A stretch of DNA of 64,000 bases from Macrostomum lignano (Eukaryota): the NCBI GenBank assembly GCA_002269645.1, contig NIVC01001959.1, forward strand, positions 1 to 64,000, written 5' to 3'. Under the pieces are notes generated by a model. The model saw only the letters and a program-made list of their open reading frames with translations. It searched no databases and was not told the origin of the DNA. The first letter of the stretch is position 1; the number at the start of each line of letters is the position of its first letter. The translations under genes and the position numbers were made by a program. This document shows, in pieces, positions 10,660 through 22,401 of the stretch.

Positions 10660-13600
10660 TTAGACAGCCCGGAACGGCTGCAGCTGAGCCAGCAGGCCCG
10701 CAGCAGCCTCGATGGCGGATTCTGGCAGACGAGGCAGCAGCCACCGGCAAACGGGCTGTAGCCGGGCTCGCGCGGAGCCTTCGGGCGCGTCGCCGATGGG
10801 ATGGGCAGCCAGTTCAACGCAGGCCATAGGCAGGCCGACGAGAGCCAGAGCCAGCAGAGTCAGCGCCAGGACAGTCAGCAACAGCCGGACGAAGCCCGAG
10901 CAGCAGCGGCCGCGACTTCCGCCCGAGGCAGACGCTCGGGACTGCTCAGCGTCCTCTTCGCTGTCGTCGCCGTCATCGCCTGGATGGCGGCCTTTGCCAT
11001 CATCGGCTTGGTTTTGCCGCCGCTGCTGCTGCTGCTGCTGTTGCTGCTCCCGACGGCGTTGCTTTTTTGCTTCGCGACGTTCGGCGCGTTCGGCCGCTTC
11101 GCGCTCCTGTTGCTTGGCAGCCTCGGCGCGCTCCTCGGCCAGGCGCGCCTGCAGACAGCGGGCAGGGAAAATAATTGAGAAATTGGAGGCATTAGTGTCA
11201 GGATTAATTAAACTGGTGTATTATGAGAACTAAAGACTATGATAAGAGTATGAGAATGAGAAAGTATGAGAATGGGAGTCTAGCATGAGAATGGGAGGCT
11301 ATGGCATGAGAATGGTAGGCTATGGCATGAGAATGGTAGGCTATGGCATGAGAATGGGAGGATACGACATGAGAATGGGAGGCTATGGCATGAGAATGGG
11401 AGACTATGGCATGAGAATGGGAGGATACGACATGAGAATGGGAGGATACGACATGAGAATGGGAGGATACGACATGAGAATGGGAGACTATGGCATGAGA
11501 ATGGGAGGATACGACATGAGAATGGGAGGATACGACATGAGAATGGGAGGATACGACATGAGAATGGGAGGCTACGACATGAGAATGGTAGGCTATGGCA
11601 TGAGAATGGTAGGCTATGGCATGAGAATGGGAGGATACGACATGAGAATGGGAGGCTATGGCATGAGAATGGGAGACTATGGCATGAGAATGGGAGGATA
11701 CGACATGAGAATGGGAGGATACGACATGAGAATGGGAGGCTATGGCATGAGAATGGGAGGATACGGCATGAGAATGGGAGGATACGACATGACAATGGGA
11801 GACTATGGCATGAGAATGGGAGGATACGACATGAGAATGGGAAGCTATGGCATGAGAACGGGAGGCTATGGCATGAGAATGGTAGGCTATGGCATGAGAA
11901 TGGGAGGCTATGGCATGAGAATGGGAGGCTATGGCATGAGAACGGGAGGCTATGGCATGAGAATGGTAGGCTATGGCATGAGAATGGGAGGCTATGGCAT
12001 GAGAATGGGAGGCTATGGCATGAGAATGGGAGAGCAGGTTAAGGAAAAAGGCCCATTTGACCAATCAGTTCTCACCTGCCGCTCCCGCTCCAGCCCGGAG
12101 GCCACCTGGCGCATATGGGCGACAACATTGGTTGCGCACCTGCGACAGCCGCGCTCGTCCAGGCAGTCACCGGCGGCCCTGGCCAGCCCAGGCTCCAGGC
12201 TGTCGTTGTCTTTCAGGTCAAGCCAGCGGAGCCGGTCCAGATGCGCGAAGCTGGGCGGCAGCAGCCGGAGCTGATTGCCGCGCAGATCGAGGTGCTGCAG
12301 AGAGCGCAGCCGGCCAAAGGAAGCCGGCAGATGGGTCAGGCGATTCTTGCTCAAGTCCAGGCGGATCACCTGATCGGCCAGGTCGCCAAAGTCTTCCTGC
12401 GCAGGAGCAGGAATGGAGTTCGGGATTCAACACTGAAGATTGTGCACGAACTCAACATACAACCAAGGACTGCTCAAGTAGAAAGACGGGACACTGTGTT
12501 TCTTGGAAAATGATTTCAATGCACTTACAGGAAGCTGCTCAAGATTGTTGCAACTGAGGTCTATTGTATCCACCTTTGAGAGTGCCTTCTGAAATTGTGG
12601 AATTATAGCCAATGGAATTTGGGTGATTATCTTTCATATCTAATGTCTAATTATGTCCAATAAACAAACTTCAGTAAAGTCATAATATTTTTTTAAATTA
12701 GGAACAATTACCTACTTCTGTCAGTATAAAAAAAGTTAAAAAGTAGCAATTTTATAATTATGGTTTTCTATTGTACATTCAAAATGGATGTATGGTAAGT
12801 TTATCATGTATTAGTGCATATCTATTGAAACATTTTTGGCATTGGTACATCATCCAAGGTCAATTGATGAAATAAGGTGTGTTCACAAAACAAATTTATA
12901 TATTCTAAACTTTTTGTTTTTATTTTTTAGTATTCAAGTTACAATTCATATGCCTAGATTTAAACATATATGCATTATTTAAAGAAAACTTGTTGCTTTT
13001 ATTTTGCTTGGCATGCATGCAGTTAGCATAATGTCTAGACTAGACTTTAGGCCTTATATTGCAAAATGAGGCCTATAGATATGAGACACAATGCTGATTT
13101 TTGGCATGTAGTTTAAGTAGAATTTTTTAGCATAAACTGGCATGTACTATTTTTTTATTTGAAGTTATTTTCTAATGCATTATGATACATGTGCAACCTT
13201 AGGAATCACTTGGTCATTTCTATTGGCAACACACATGTAAGTTGCTATTGGCTGAGAGCAGTCATGTGACTACTATTCCATCCAATAGTGACTTACATGT
13301 GTTTGTTGCCAATAGAAATGGCTGGGTAAATCCCTAGGTTGCGCTCAAGCATGTGCATAATCAAATGACTATAGGCATTATAGGCATATAATATAGTTTA
13401 AAGGTAGCAAGTTGATTAGTCATAACTAGTCAATTCACCAGAAATGATTTTCATTTAAAATTGATAATCATTTATAATAGTCTTATTACGTAAATTGTAA
13501 ATCAATGGTCCTATGTATGCAACACGGTCAACAAGACTCTGCTAGCCTCCTAAAGTGTTGGATATAATATGCTGAAAGTAGACTATATAGTAGCTAAGCT

Positions 13601-16600
13601 AATATGTATTAATATGCACAAGGCAGCCATTGTAAAATAAAGAAATGAACAAATTCAAAGTGTTTAAAATATGTTGAATGTTAAAATGGGTTTAAAAGTT
13701 TTATGAATGAATATTTAAACTGGTAGATGTCAATTACTAATGAGTATTGGACTATCAACTTAGGACATAACATTTTGATAAATCAAATTTTGGCATATTG
13801 TCTGAGATTCTAATTTAGATAGGGCTATAGTATACTTATAGCTATACTTATATTAACCCAGATATGCTTTAGGCTAAGCTTAAAAATCAATGAATATGAT
13901 AAGTTAACAAAAACTTTATAATTATTATTGTCATCTAAGGTTTTCTATGCAATAGCTTGTTTACTACAAGTACTAAACTAGCAATCAGTGGCCCCCATTG
14001 GGGAGCCAAAAAATGCAGTACAAGTTTTTTAATAAACTACATGTAGCGTCTCTTTGCAATGTACCTCAGCAGTCCCTTTTAAGCCTTGACATCTCAGCAA
14101 TTCCCCCCACAAGCCTTAACATATCAACTCCCCCCTTGACATCTCAGCAATGCCCCTCATAAGCCTTGAAATGTTAAAAAATCTGTCAACCTTCTAACCC
14201 TAACCCTAAATAATTGACACTTTGGTAATTCTCCCGGGCACTAGATTTCACTGGTTTTCAGAAGCCAGAGAGCATCCAAGGCTGCAGTGAGCCAAGAAGC
14301 TCCAGATCCAGTCCACCTGCAGGGCAACACTTGTGACTTAGATCTTATGGAAGCAGGTGATGAGTTCTTTGCTACATTGGATAACTTAGATCACGAGAAG
14401 TGCACATATGTTGGCAGTTGGTTGCTGTTCCGCTTCTTTAAAACCAAGTGCAAGTGTAAGGTATGCCAGCAGGAACTGAAAAGAGAGCAATTTGATTGGA
14501 CATGCTTCCTGCAACTGAAGTGCAAGCGGGATAACAGCTTAGTCACCCAAGCAGAGCAGTTATCAGAGCTGTCACTGAGATGGAATGCCAATTCAAATTG
14601 CTGGAAGTGTTAGAGTTCATGCATGCTGGTGTCACACAGAATTAGCAAATTATTGGCCAATTGCATCAGGCCCCATATATTGCAACTCATTTCACTGAGC
14701 ACTCAGAGACGCATGATGGGCATTGTGAGGCTTATTCTTAAAGCTGCGCTTGCACCATTAGTGCAATGGGCATAGGATTGTGGCTCAGGAGAGAAAGCAT
14801 AGGCAAGTATTTTGCAATGAGCAATTGAGGAAGTTCAAGAGGATGTGATTGCATGACATACATGCACAACCTTGGGAATCACCCAGCCATTTCTATTGGC
14901 AACACACACATGTAAGTCGCTATTGGCTGAGAGCAGTCACGTGACTACTATTCTGTCCAATGGCAACATACATGTGTGTGTTGCCAATAGAAATGGCCGG
15001 GTGATTCCCAAGGTTGTGCCCAAGCATTTTGCATGAGATTTGCAATTTCTGTTGCATCTGGCATTTTCTATCTTGCATGCAGCACTAAAACTTAACCTGT
15101 TATTAAATGTTTATTACTTTTGTAGTTTTGTTTTTTGGCTTACATATACATGGCAATGAGGTTATAACAGTTATTACTACTGCACATAACTTTGCGCAGG
15201 CATCATTATGAACAAATTAATTACAAGGATAGTGCAGCATTCAACTGCAGTATCAAAACAACAACTCAAAGCTTTTAAAGGCTGTCTTGAGCTCAACGTT
15301 TACATTCAACTTTGCATTAAAAATTGCAGCTATTTATCAGCTTCACAACATTAATAGTGCAAGCACATTTATTTTCACTTTCATAGAGAACTGCCAATTC
15401 ACCATTCTGTGTATATTCTGTGTTTACTATAGTACTATAGCATTATAGCGATTCCTTGCAAGCCTCAACATTGTAGGGATTCCCAAATGAATCTTTTAAC
15501 TTTGACAGGATGCTTCTTTTATTTTTTTACATTATGCTTTTTCTATCAGAGACCCACCCCCACGAAGAGCCAACAAATAATATAATAAAAGTTTTGAATA
15601 AACTATATATAGCTTCTGACTTTAGCCTTGACATCTTAGTTATTCCCCCATGAGCCTTGACATCTCATCTATTCCCCTATAATCTATAAGCTTTGACATC
15701 AATAGTAATTCTCCCCAAGAGTCATAGCACACAGTTTCATGTGGCATTATTTACATGACACTTCTTTTATGTCTGATATAATGCTTCTTTTGTCAAGGCT
15801 TTATTCTACCTTTGAATAAACTATGTTAAACTACAGCTTCTCTTTGCAAAAACCTCAGCAATCCCTTGTGAGTCTTGATAGCTCAGCTATTCCTCTTACA
15901 AGTCTTGACATCTCAGCTATTCCCCTTGCAAGTCTTGACATCTTAGCTATTCCCCTCTTTTTTACATGATGCTTCTATCACCTTCTATCAGCGTCCCCCC
16001 ATGGCAAGCCAATAAAGAATGTAATAAAAAATTGAGTAAACTATATATAGCTTCTGGCTTTAGCCAGGACATTTCAGAAATCCCCCGTAATCCTTAACAT
16101 CTCAGTTATTCTCTGTGAGCCTTGATATCATAGTAATTTTCTTTAAGATTCACAGCACAGTTTTATGTGATGCTTCTTTTATTTTTGACATTTAATGGAA
16201 ACTACAAAGGTGGATATTCCTAGACTTCAAAGACTTCTAACTTGTATCTTGATTATTATGTTGTTATACTAGTGTATGTCTTATATACCAAATTATGCCA
16301 ATGTGCATATTATAACTGCTTTGCTTGCACTAGTATATAACAAAATATTAATCAGGATATAAGAAAAGGTCTTAAAAATCTAGAATATTCATCACTAAAC
16401 AAATAGATACTTGTGTTAGGAATTTAACTGGACAAAAAGCAAAAAGGATATTTGTCTGCTCACTAGGCATTCCAATCCCAGGATCCTGGGATTTAGCCTC
16501 AAAACACAGGATTTCAATTCTGAGATTTTTTGGGACTTGAAATTTTGGGATTTATGATCCTCGGGATTACAACAGTGCAAGATTGGGATCCTGGGATTGT

Positions 16601-17810
16601 AAGGCTTAAATCCCGGGATTGTTTTGGGATTCAAACTGATTTTAATTTTCTTGTTTCAACTAAAATAATCATTTAAAATTTGAAAAAAAAGATTTGACTT
16701 TTTTTGTTTTCATAAGGTGTAATTTAATTTCACATGTTTGTGAGTTACCTGATGTCTAACACTGTAATGTAGCATTTAAACATGATATTCACTTTGATAA
16801 TTTACATTGATATTGCATAGCTAGCTATATAACCTATACTAAAACGAGTTATTATTGTTGTAATCAATTATTATCAATTATCTTTTATGGATAAATATTA
16901 TTTATTATTATAAATCTTCTATTTCTACTTGTATAATAACTAAGCAAAGAGAAGTTTATTGCGTAAATATACCAGTTTGGACCATTAGTTATCATTATAA
17001 ATATCATAATTAACTATTTTACTTACTTATGGTTGTGGTGGAAGCTGGATGCAGATGTTTCAATACATTTGATATCGGGATCCCAGGATCCTGGGATTTT
17101 TTGAACTTCGAAGCAGGATCTTGGGATTACTCTCAGTTGGGATTTTCCAGGATTAGTGATCCCAGGATTTTTAACCATCAGGATTTCAGTATTCCTCAAT
17201 CCTGGGATTGTAAATTGTCAGGATTTTGAAATCCCTACTGGTCGCTAGACAAATAATAACTGCCTAAAGTATTAATTTGTATTCTCTATTTATTAAGCTA
17301 AAAGTGTCATTTCAATGAGTGATAATTTTTATTTAGAGTGTTTCATTAACAAAATTTCATTTAGGATAGATAAAATAGGTTTGATTTTTAAAACCTACCA
17401 AGTAAATCTATGGGCGATCCTGAAGATTCCCGCGTTTAATTATTTTACGGAATTATTTCGCCCTCTATTCAAGGGTGGTAAGATGTAAGGGTGGTACGAA
17501 GTGGTAAGATGACGAAGTGTCCAGGAACCTATAATTAAACGCGGGAAACTAAGAAATCGCCAATTTATGTACTTAGATTATCCCAAGCCAAAGACAAGTC
17601 AAAAGACAAGGTTCATTTTTGTCTGCCTAGATAAGCCAGTCCACACACACATTATCTGAAGTTAGCAACAATTTAAAAAAAAATACAGGAACTTTGACAA
17701 TTATTCAAAACAATGCACACGTTGCAACTTACAATTTCCTTGACACTGACTTCTGCTAGATTTGACATGCTTAAATCCAATTCACGACCATCGACATGCT
17801 TCTTGTACAT
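10660..17810 (-). CDS. LRRC59: Leucine-rich repeat protein 59 (ER/ribosome-binding p34); 4 coding exons
   Basis: Exons 17810-17733 (MYKKHVDGRELDLSMSNLAEVSVKEI), 12588-12529 (KALSKVDTIDLSCNNLEQLP), 12396-12076 (LDLSKNRL..LRWLDLKDN..AAGDCLDERGCRRCA..ERERQ), 11148-10660 (coiled coil, then hydrophobic LLLTVLALTLLALALVGL). All phase-0 GT-AG introns. Matches recalled LRRC59 motifs (ELDLSLSDL, DLSCNKL, KWLDLKDN, AGDCLDEKQC). The start may lie slightly upstream. Confidence 0.92.
11265..12030. repeat. 21-bp minisatellite (ATGAGAATGGGAGGCTATGGC) in LRRC59 intron 3
   Basis: About 36 tandem units; produces the spurious MRMGGYG and SHSHAIA ORFs. Confidence 0.97.
13193..13342. mobile_element. ~150-bp palindromic MITE-like element, copy 1
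   Basis: Arms GCAACC..CATTTCTATTGGCAACACACATGTAAGT and ACTTACATGTGT..GTTGCCAATAGAAATG..GGTTGC; same family as 14864 and 25981. Confidence 0.75.
14287..14800 (+). pseudogene. Possible relic of a P-element/THAP9-type transposase C-terminal region
   Basis: TYVGSWLLFRFFKTKCKCKVCQQEL..FLQLKCKRDNSLVTQAEQL resembles the recalled YxAGY..CxxC..LI..K.RG.L..PS pattern; stops and frame breaks follow. Confidence 0.3.
14864..15019. mobile_element. ~155-bp palindromic MITE-like element, copy 2 (near-perfect hairpin)
   Basis: The 51-bp arm GCACAACCTTGGGAATCACCCAGCCATTTCTATTGGCAACACACACATGTA matches the reverse complement of the right arm with one mismatch. Confidence 0.85.
16464..17237. mobile_element. Non-autonomous hAT-like element (~770 bp) with subterminal GGGATT/CCCAGGAT repeats
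   Basis: Termini TAGGCATT...AATCCCTA; 8-bp flanks CTGCTCAC/CTGGTCGC match 6/8; AT-rich core between two repeat clusters. Confidence 0.6.
17413..17561. mobile_element. Small inverted-repeat element in LRRC59 intron 1
   Basis: GGCGAT..TTCCCGCGTTTAATTA versus TAATTAAACGCGGGAA..ATCGCC. Confidence 0.5.
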
Positions 17811-18350
17811 TTTAGATCTTTTTGTTCACTGTTGTTATCCAAATTAAAGACAAAATCTTTTTTTAAGTCAAAAGATTTAGAGCGTTCAGTTTACTTGAAA
17901 CTTACAATTTGCACACACAAACTAACACTAGAGACAGCTGGTTGTTCTGGCCAAAATCTATTATATAAAGATTTTTGCTTGCGTGCTAAAAAACTAAAAG
18001 CGTTCTCAAAGTTCGTTATTTACGAAAATTAAATAAATAAATTTAATATACTTTAATGAGGAGACTGGTATTTCAGAATACTAATTACACTTCTGAACAA
18101 TACTATATTAACATTAGCGTAGAAAATGGTATGGTTGAGCTAAGCAAAAAATCCGACAGTCGGGAAGCAAAGCAACGGTTTCTATCGCTAAGTTAATTTT
18201 TAACTCCTAGACTATTTACTATTCACTAGAAATAATTACATTGCGCATGTATTAATGGAAGTGCACAGCTACTGTATATGCAGATAACAAAATTTTCCCA
18301 ACTTCTAGCCATTTTGCGTTGGTTATATATATTAGTTTATATAGATTGCC

Positions 18351-19478
18351 CACTTGACGACTTAAGTAGAAGGACGGGAAATCTCTTGAAGGCAGGTTTT
18401 TTTCGAAAAAATACACTACGGAGATAGGAAGTTTTCATTTTTCAGCACAAAAATTGTTATTGCTTTTTATAGAAGGCAGATCCAGTGTTCATCTTTTGAT
18501 ATGTTTTGCCTTTCTTATTGCTCTATCGATATTCATAAAACTTCTCGTTCAAAGAATTAGGATTCTATGTTAATTTTTATTCTACGCATACATTTACACG
18601 TATTGTGCCTAAAAACCATTAAAATGGCACAGCTCAGCTCTTTGGTTTTATGAGTCTATTTTTATCATTGTTAGCCACAGATACTAAAATAACTAGATGG
18701 GCCACTCAGGCATATATGCTTAGTAAAAAGGCTTTCTACTTTCAGTTCAGTAGCAAAGAAGAATACATAAGCTATTTTATAAAAACAAAGGCAGCTGTAA
18801 ACGGTCTAGAAGCCCAGCTTGCAGGCGTAAACAACTTGCTAATTGGTTCAGCCATAATGTACATTAGCCAGTCCACTGGAATGTACATGGCAGCTTTAGG
18901 GTGTAAGTCCGAGAGAAAGGCAATAAAAATTTGGGCGGGGCCCCGGGTAGTGTGGAAAGGCTCGGTTGGAGGGTCTAAGCTGGGGCCGGGTTAAAGCCAA
19001 TAAATGAGCCTTGGCTTTAAAAATACATTTAATGCCTCTGTTTACTACTGAACTGAAAGTAGCTTACACGCAAATGTGCTGATTGGCCCATCTAGTAATT
19101 CTAGTATCCGTGTTCTTATAGCTGACTGTGCAACAAATATTTGTAACAGAGATGATAAAATAAATTCGTAAAACCAAAGAATGGAGCTGTGCCATGTATT
19201 TTTATGATTGTTAAGTACAGGAAATGTACGTAGAATAAAAAGTTAACATAGAATCCTAATTCTTTGAACGAAAAGCGTTATGGATATCGATGAAGCAATA
19301 AGAAAGGCACAACAAATCACAAGATGAACACTGGATCTGCCTGCAATCAAAAGCAATAACAATTTTTGTGCTGAAAAAATGAAAACTTCCTATCTCCGTA
19401 GTGTATTTTTTCGGAAAAACCTGGCTTTAAAAATTTTCCAAGAAACGAGGTTCCCCGTCCTAACTTAAGTCGTCCTTG
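18351..19478. mobile_element. Foldback-type hAT-like element (1.13 kb, ~400-bp inverted arms) with a perfect 8-bp TSD
   Basis: TSD AGATTGCC at 18343-18350 and 19479-19486; termini CACTTGACGACTTAAG and CTTAAGTCGTCCTTG; arms ~18356-18770 and ~19030-19474 are reverse complements. Confidence 0.85.
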
Positions 19479-19705
19479 AGATTGCCACGTGTATACTAAA
19501 CGCTGGCAGCGATTGTAATTTGAGCACAATAAAGGCTCCTAATTCGAGTAAAAATCAGGCAACTACATGTATTGTAACTCTTCAGTTCTTGGTTTGAAGC
19601 AGAGCCCAAAGTGACCATTGCAGTACATGTATATGTACAGCCAGTAAGCTAGCTAACCTATTGCATTTATGTGGAAATGTTCTCTCAAGTTAAATACATA
19701 CTAAC

Positions 19706-20954
19706 GGGTCCATGAAATTTGCTTGCGAGAAGTTTGCTTGCGGGACTTTTGCTTGCGGAAATTTGTTTGCCGAAGTCTGCTTGCCGAATTTTGCTTGCGG
19801 AAATTTGTTTGCCGAAGTCTGCTTGCCGAATTTTGCTTGCGGAATTTTGCTTGCCGAAGTCTGCTTGCCGAACTTTGCTTGCGGAATTTTGCCTGCCGAA
19901 GTTTGCTTGCCGAATTTTGCTTGCAGGAAATTTGCTTGCTGCACATAAGCTTGCCGAACTTTGCTTGCAGGAAATTTGCTTGCCGAACTTTGCTTGCAGG
20001 AAATTTTCTTGCGAGGTTTGCCAGCCAAAGTTTTGCGGAACCTTAAAGAACCTATTTTTGAGCTCTTGTATTTCTAATTTTCATTTTCTAAGATTCGTGG
20101 AAGTCGCCTATAGTGTTATGATTTTGTATGAGGATATGGCGGATTATTAATTACATTTTATATACTAAAATATTATTAGTATATGCATTATTATACATTA
20201 GCATCACTGCAATTATCTGCTCAATCGTGCTGAAATCAGGAACTACAAAGATTTATACTGTTACCAATCCCTATCTACCTATACTAAATCTCTAAGCATT
20301 CTATGTACTACATTCTTAGAATGAAACTCTATAAGCCTAGTTTGAAAGCTCAGTGTCAAGTCAGTTTACGTCGACCCTGATAAGAATCCACTTGCAAGGC
20401 ATCTGTAGTAAGTAAGAATTGACTGACCAACTTTACAAGCAATCAAAACAAGCAAGCAAACAAGAAAATAATTCTGCAAGTTAAAACCTTGCGATTGTGT
20501 GATTGTAAATTTCTAGAAAGCAGACATCAAAATTTCGCAAGCAAAGTTCGGCAAGCAAAGTTCGGCAAGCAAAGTTCGGCAAGCAAAGTTCGACAAGCAA
20601 AGTTCGGCAAGCAAACTTCGGCAAGCAAACTTCGGCAAGCAAAGTTCGGCAAGCAAAATTCCGCAAGCAAATTTCCGCAAGCAAAGTTCGGCAAGCAAAA
20701 TTCCTGCAAGCAAAGTTCGGCAAGCAAACTTCGGCAAGCAAAGTTCGGCAAGCAAAATTCCTGCAAGCAAAGTTCGGCAAGCAAACTTCGGCAAGCAAAC
20801 TTCGGCAAGCAAAGTTCGGCAAGCAAAATTCCGCAAGCAAATTTCCGCAAGCAAAGTTCGGCAAGCAAAATTCCTGCAAGCAAAGTTCGGCAAGCAAAAT
20901 TCCTGCAAGCAAAGTTCGGCAAGCAAACTTCCCGCAAGCAAACGTCGTACTCCC
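19706..20954. mobile_element. MULE/foldback-type non-autonomous element (1249 bp) with a perfect 9-bp TSD and inverted subterminal arrays
   Basis: TSD CATACTAAC at 19697-19705 and 20955-20963; GGG..TTTGCTTGCG.GAAGTTTGCTTGC termini; left array of TTTGCTTGC(C)GAA units (19715-20000), right array of GCAAGCAAA units (20535-20945). Confidence 0.88.
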
Positions 20955-22401
20955 CATACTAACACTGAAAGCCCATAATGAAAAGCTATACATGTACTCA
21001 ACGAGGTCATAAAACGTTAAAACTGGAAACCTGCGTAAGACTTAGAATATTAAATAAAAATACAAATAAATCGCACACAAAGTGCATTGCATTCTTCACC
21101 AGAAAGCGAATCAAGCTAAAAATCAGCGCTGTATATTATTGGTACAAGATCGCATATTGATACGATTTATAAATAGAAGCAAAAAAGTCTGCACCTAAAC
21201 GGATTAGCCGAACGCCTGGTGGAATTTAAATATTATAATTCATCCCGTTATAATAAATTGGTATTAACACCACTTGAATTATTCGCATATTACGTTGTAG
21301 TAATACATTTTTTAGTATAGCGGATCTGTCTATTAACCGAATTGATAAGACAGGTACATGAGCAATAGTGCATATTTAAGAAAACACCCGCTGGTAGGCG
21401 ACGTGAAGGAGAATATACACAAAGCTTGTACAACCGAAATTACAGCGACGCATTATTTTATACTCTTAAAAATCTATAACATTAGTAGAGTACGAGCGAT
21501 GCGGTGCGGTGCACGAAGCTTAATGTGATAAAAATAATTTTATGCGAGTAATAATTAAATATTGCCGGTTAAGGCACGGGCATGCAACAATCATTATATC
21601 TGATTGATAGCAATTCGACTGCAGTCAATCCTATCATTGGATCGCACGCTAAACAGTAACAAATATATCGATTTTTAATTGACAGAAGTGCAAGCAGATA
21701 AATTTGTACTCTCACGAGTAGATGGACTAATTAAACCAAATCGAAAATATACACTGTAAATTCTATAAATATGGCATTCTAATCAGCTGCACCATCTCCA
21801 TAAAAATAACAGGTAAATATTACAATATTAACCCAAATCAGCAAAAACGACACAAAACAAGTACTAAAAGTAGCCAATCTACGCTGAAACTGAAATTCTA
21901 CAAAAAGCTCACATTCTGTACACAAAGCAGGTAGCTACACTACTATATGTACTATATGATGCGCTCGCGCACACATAGCAGAAACAGAGATAGGCCTCCA
22001 GAAGAGACGAGGACAAACAATCTTAAACAAATCATCTTCAAGAACGCGAGGATATCATAATTATGACTAATAATATGATAAAAATAGAAATAAACTCGCA
22101 AATTGCTGCATAAAAGCATAAATGTACAATAAATAAATAAATCCTGTCTGCGCATAGAACAGAGAGATAAGCGAGTGAGTATTAGCTAGTGGAACTGCAA
22201 TCCACAGCATAAGGAAATACGCGCTAAATCTTCGAGCAATGCTTGAGGATTGAGGACAAAAAACATCTGGTCTAGTTAAGACAGATAAAAAAATTCCTTC
22301 GTCACTGAGACGAATTACAATCGGAGTAAGCGGGAAAGATAAACAAATAAACTGTACTCTGCTTTACCAAAGTCTCAATAACAGAGAAGACGCATCTCAT
22401 G

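Larger units (their letters stand above)
13978..16190 (-). mobile_element. Non-autonomous Helitron-like composite element with internal (TTAGGG)n and subrepeats
   Basis: Minus strand ends GGCTCCCCAATGGGGGCC (7-bp stem hairpin) + ACTGATTG + CTAG|T at 13978. 13980-14240 is the reverse complement of ~52330-52566. GACATCTCAGC/AGCCTTGAC subrepeats resume at 15470-16190. The 5' boundary is uncertain. Confidence 0.55.
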
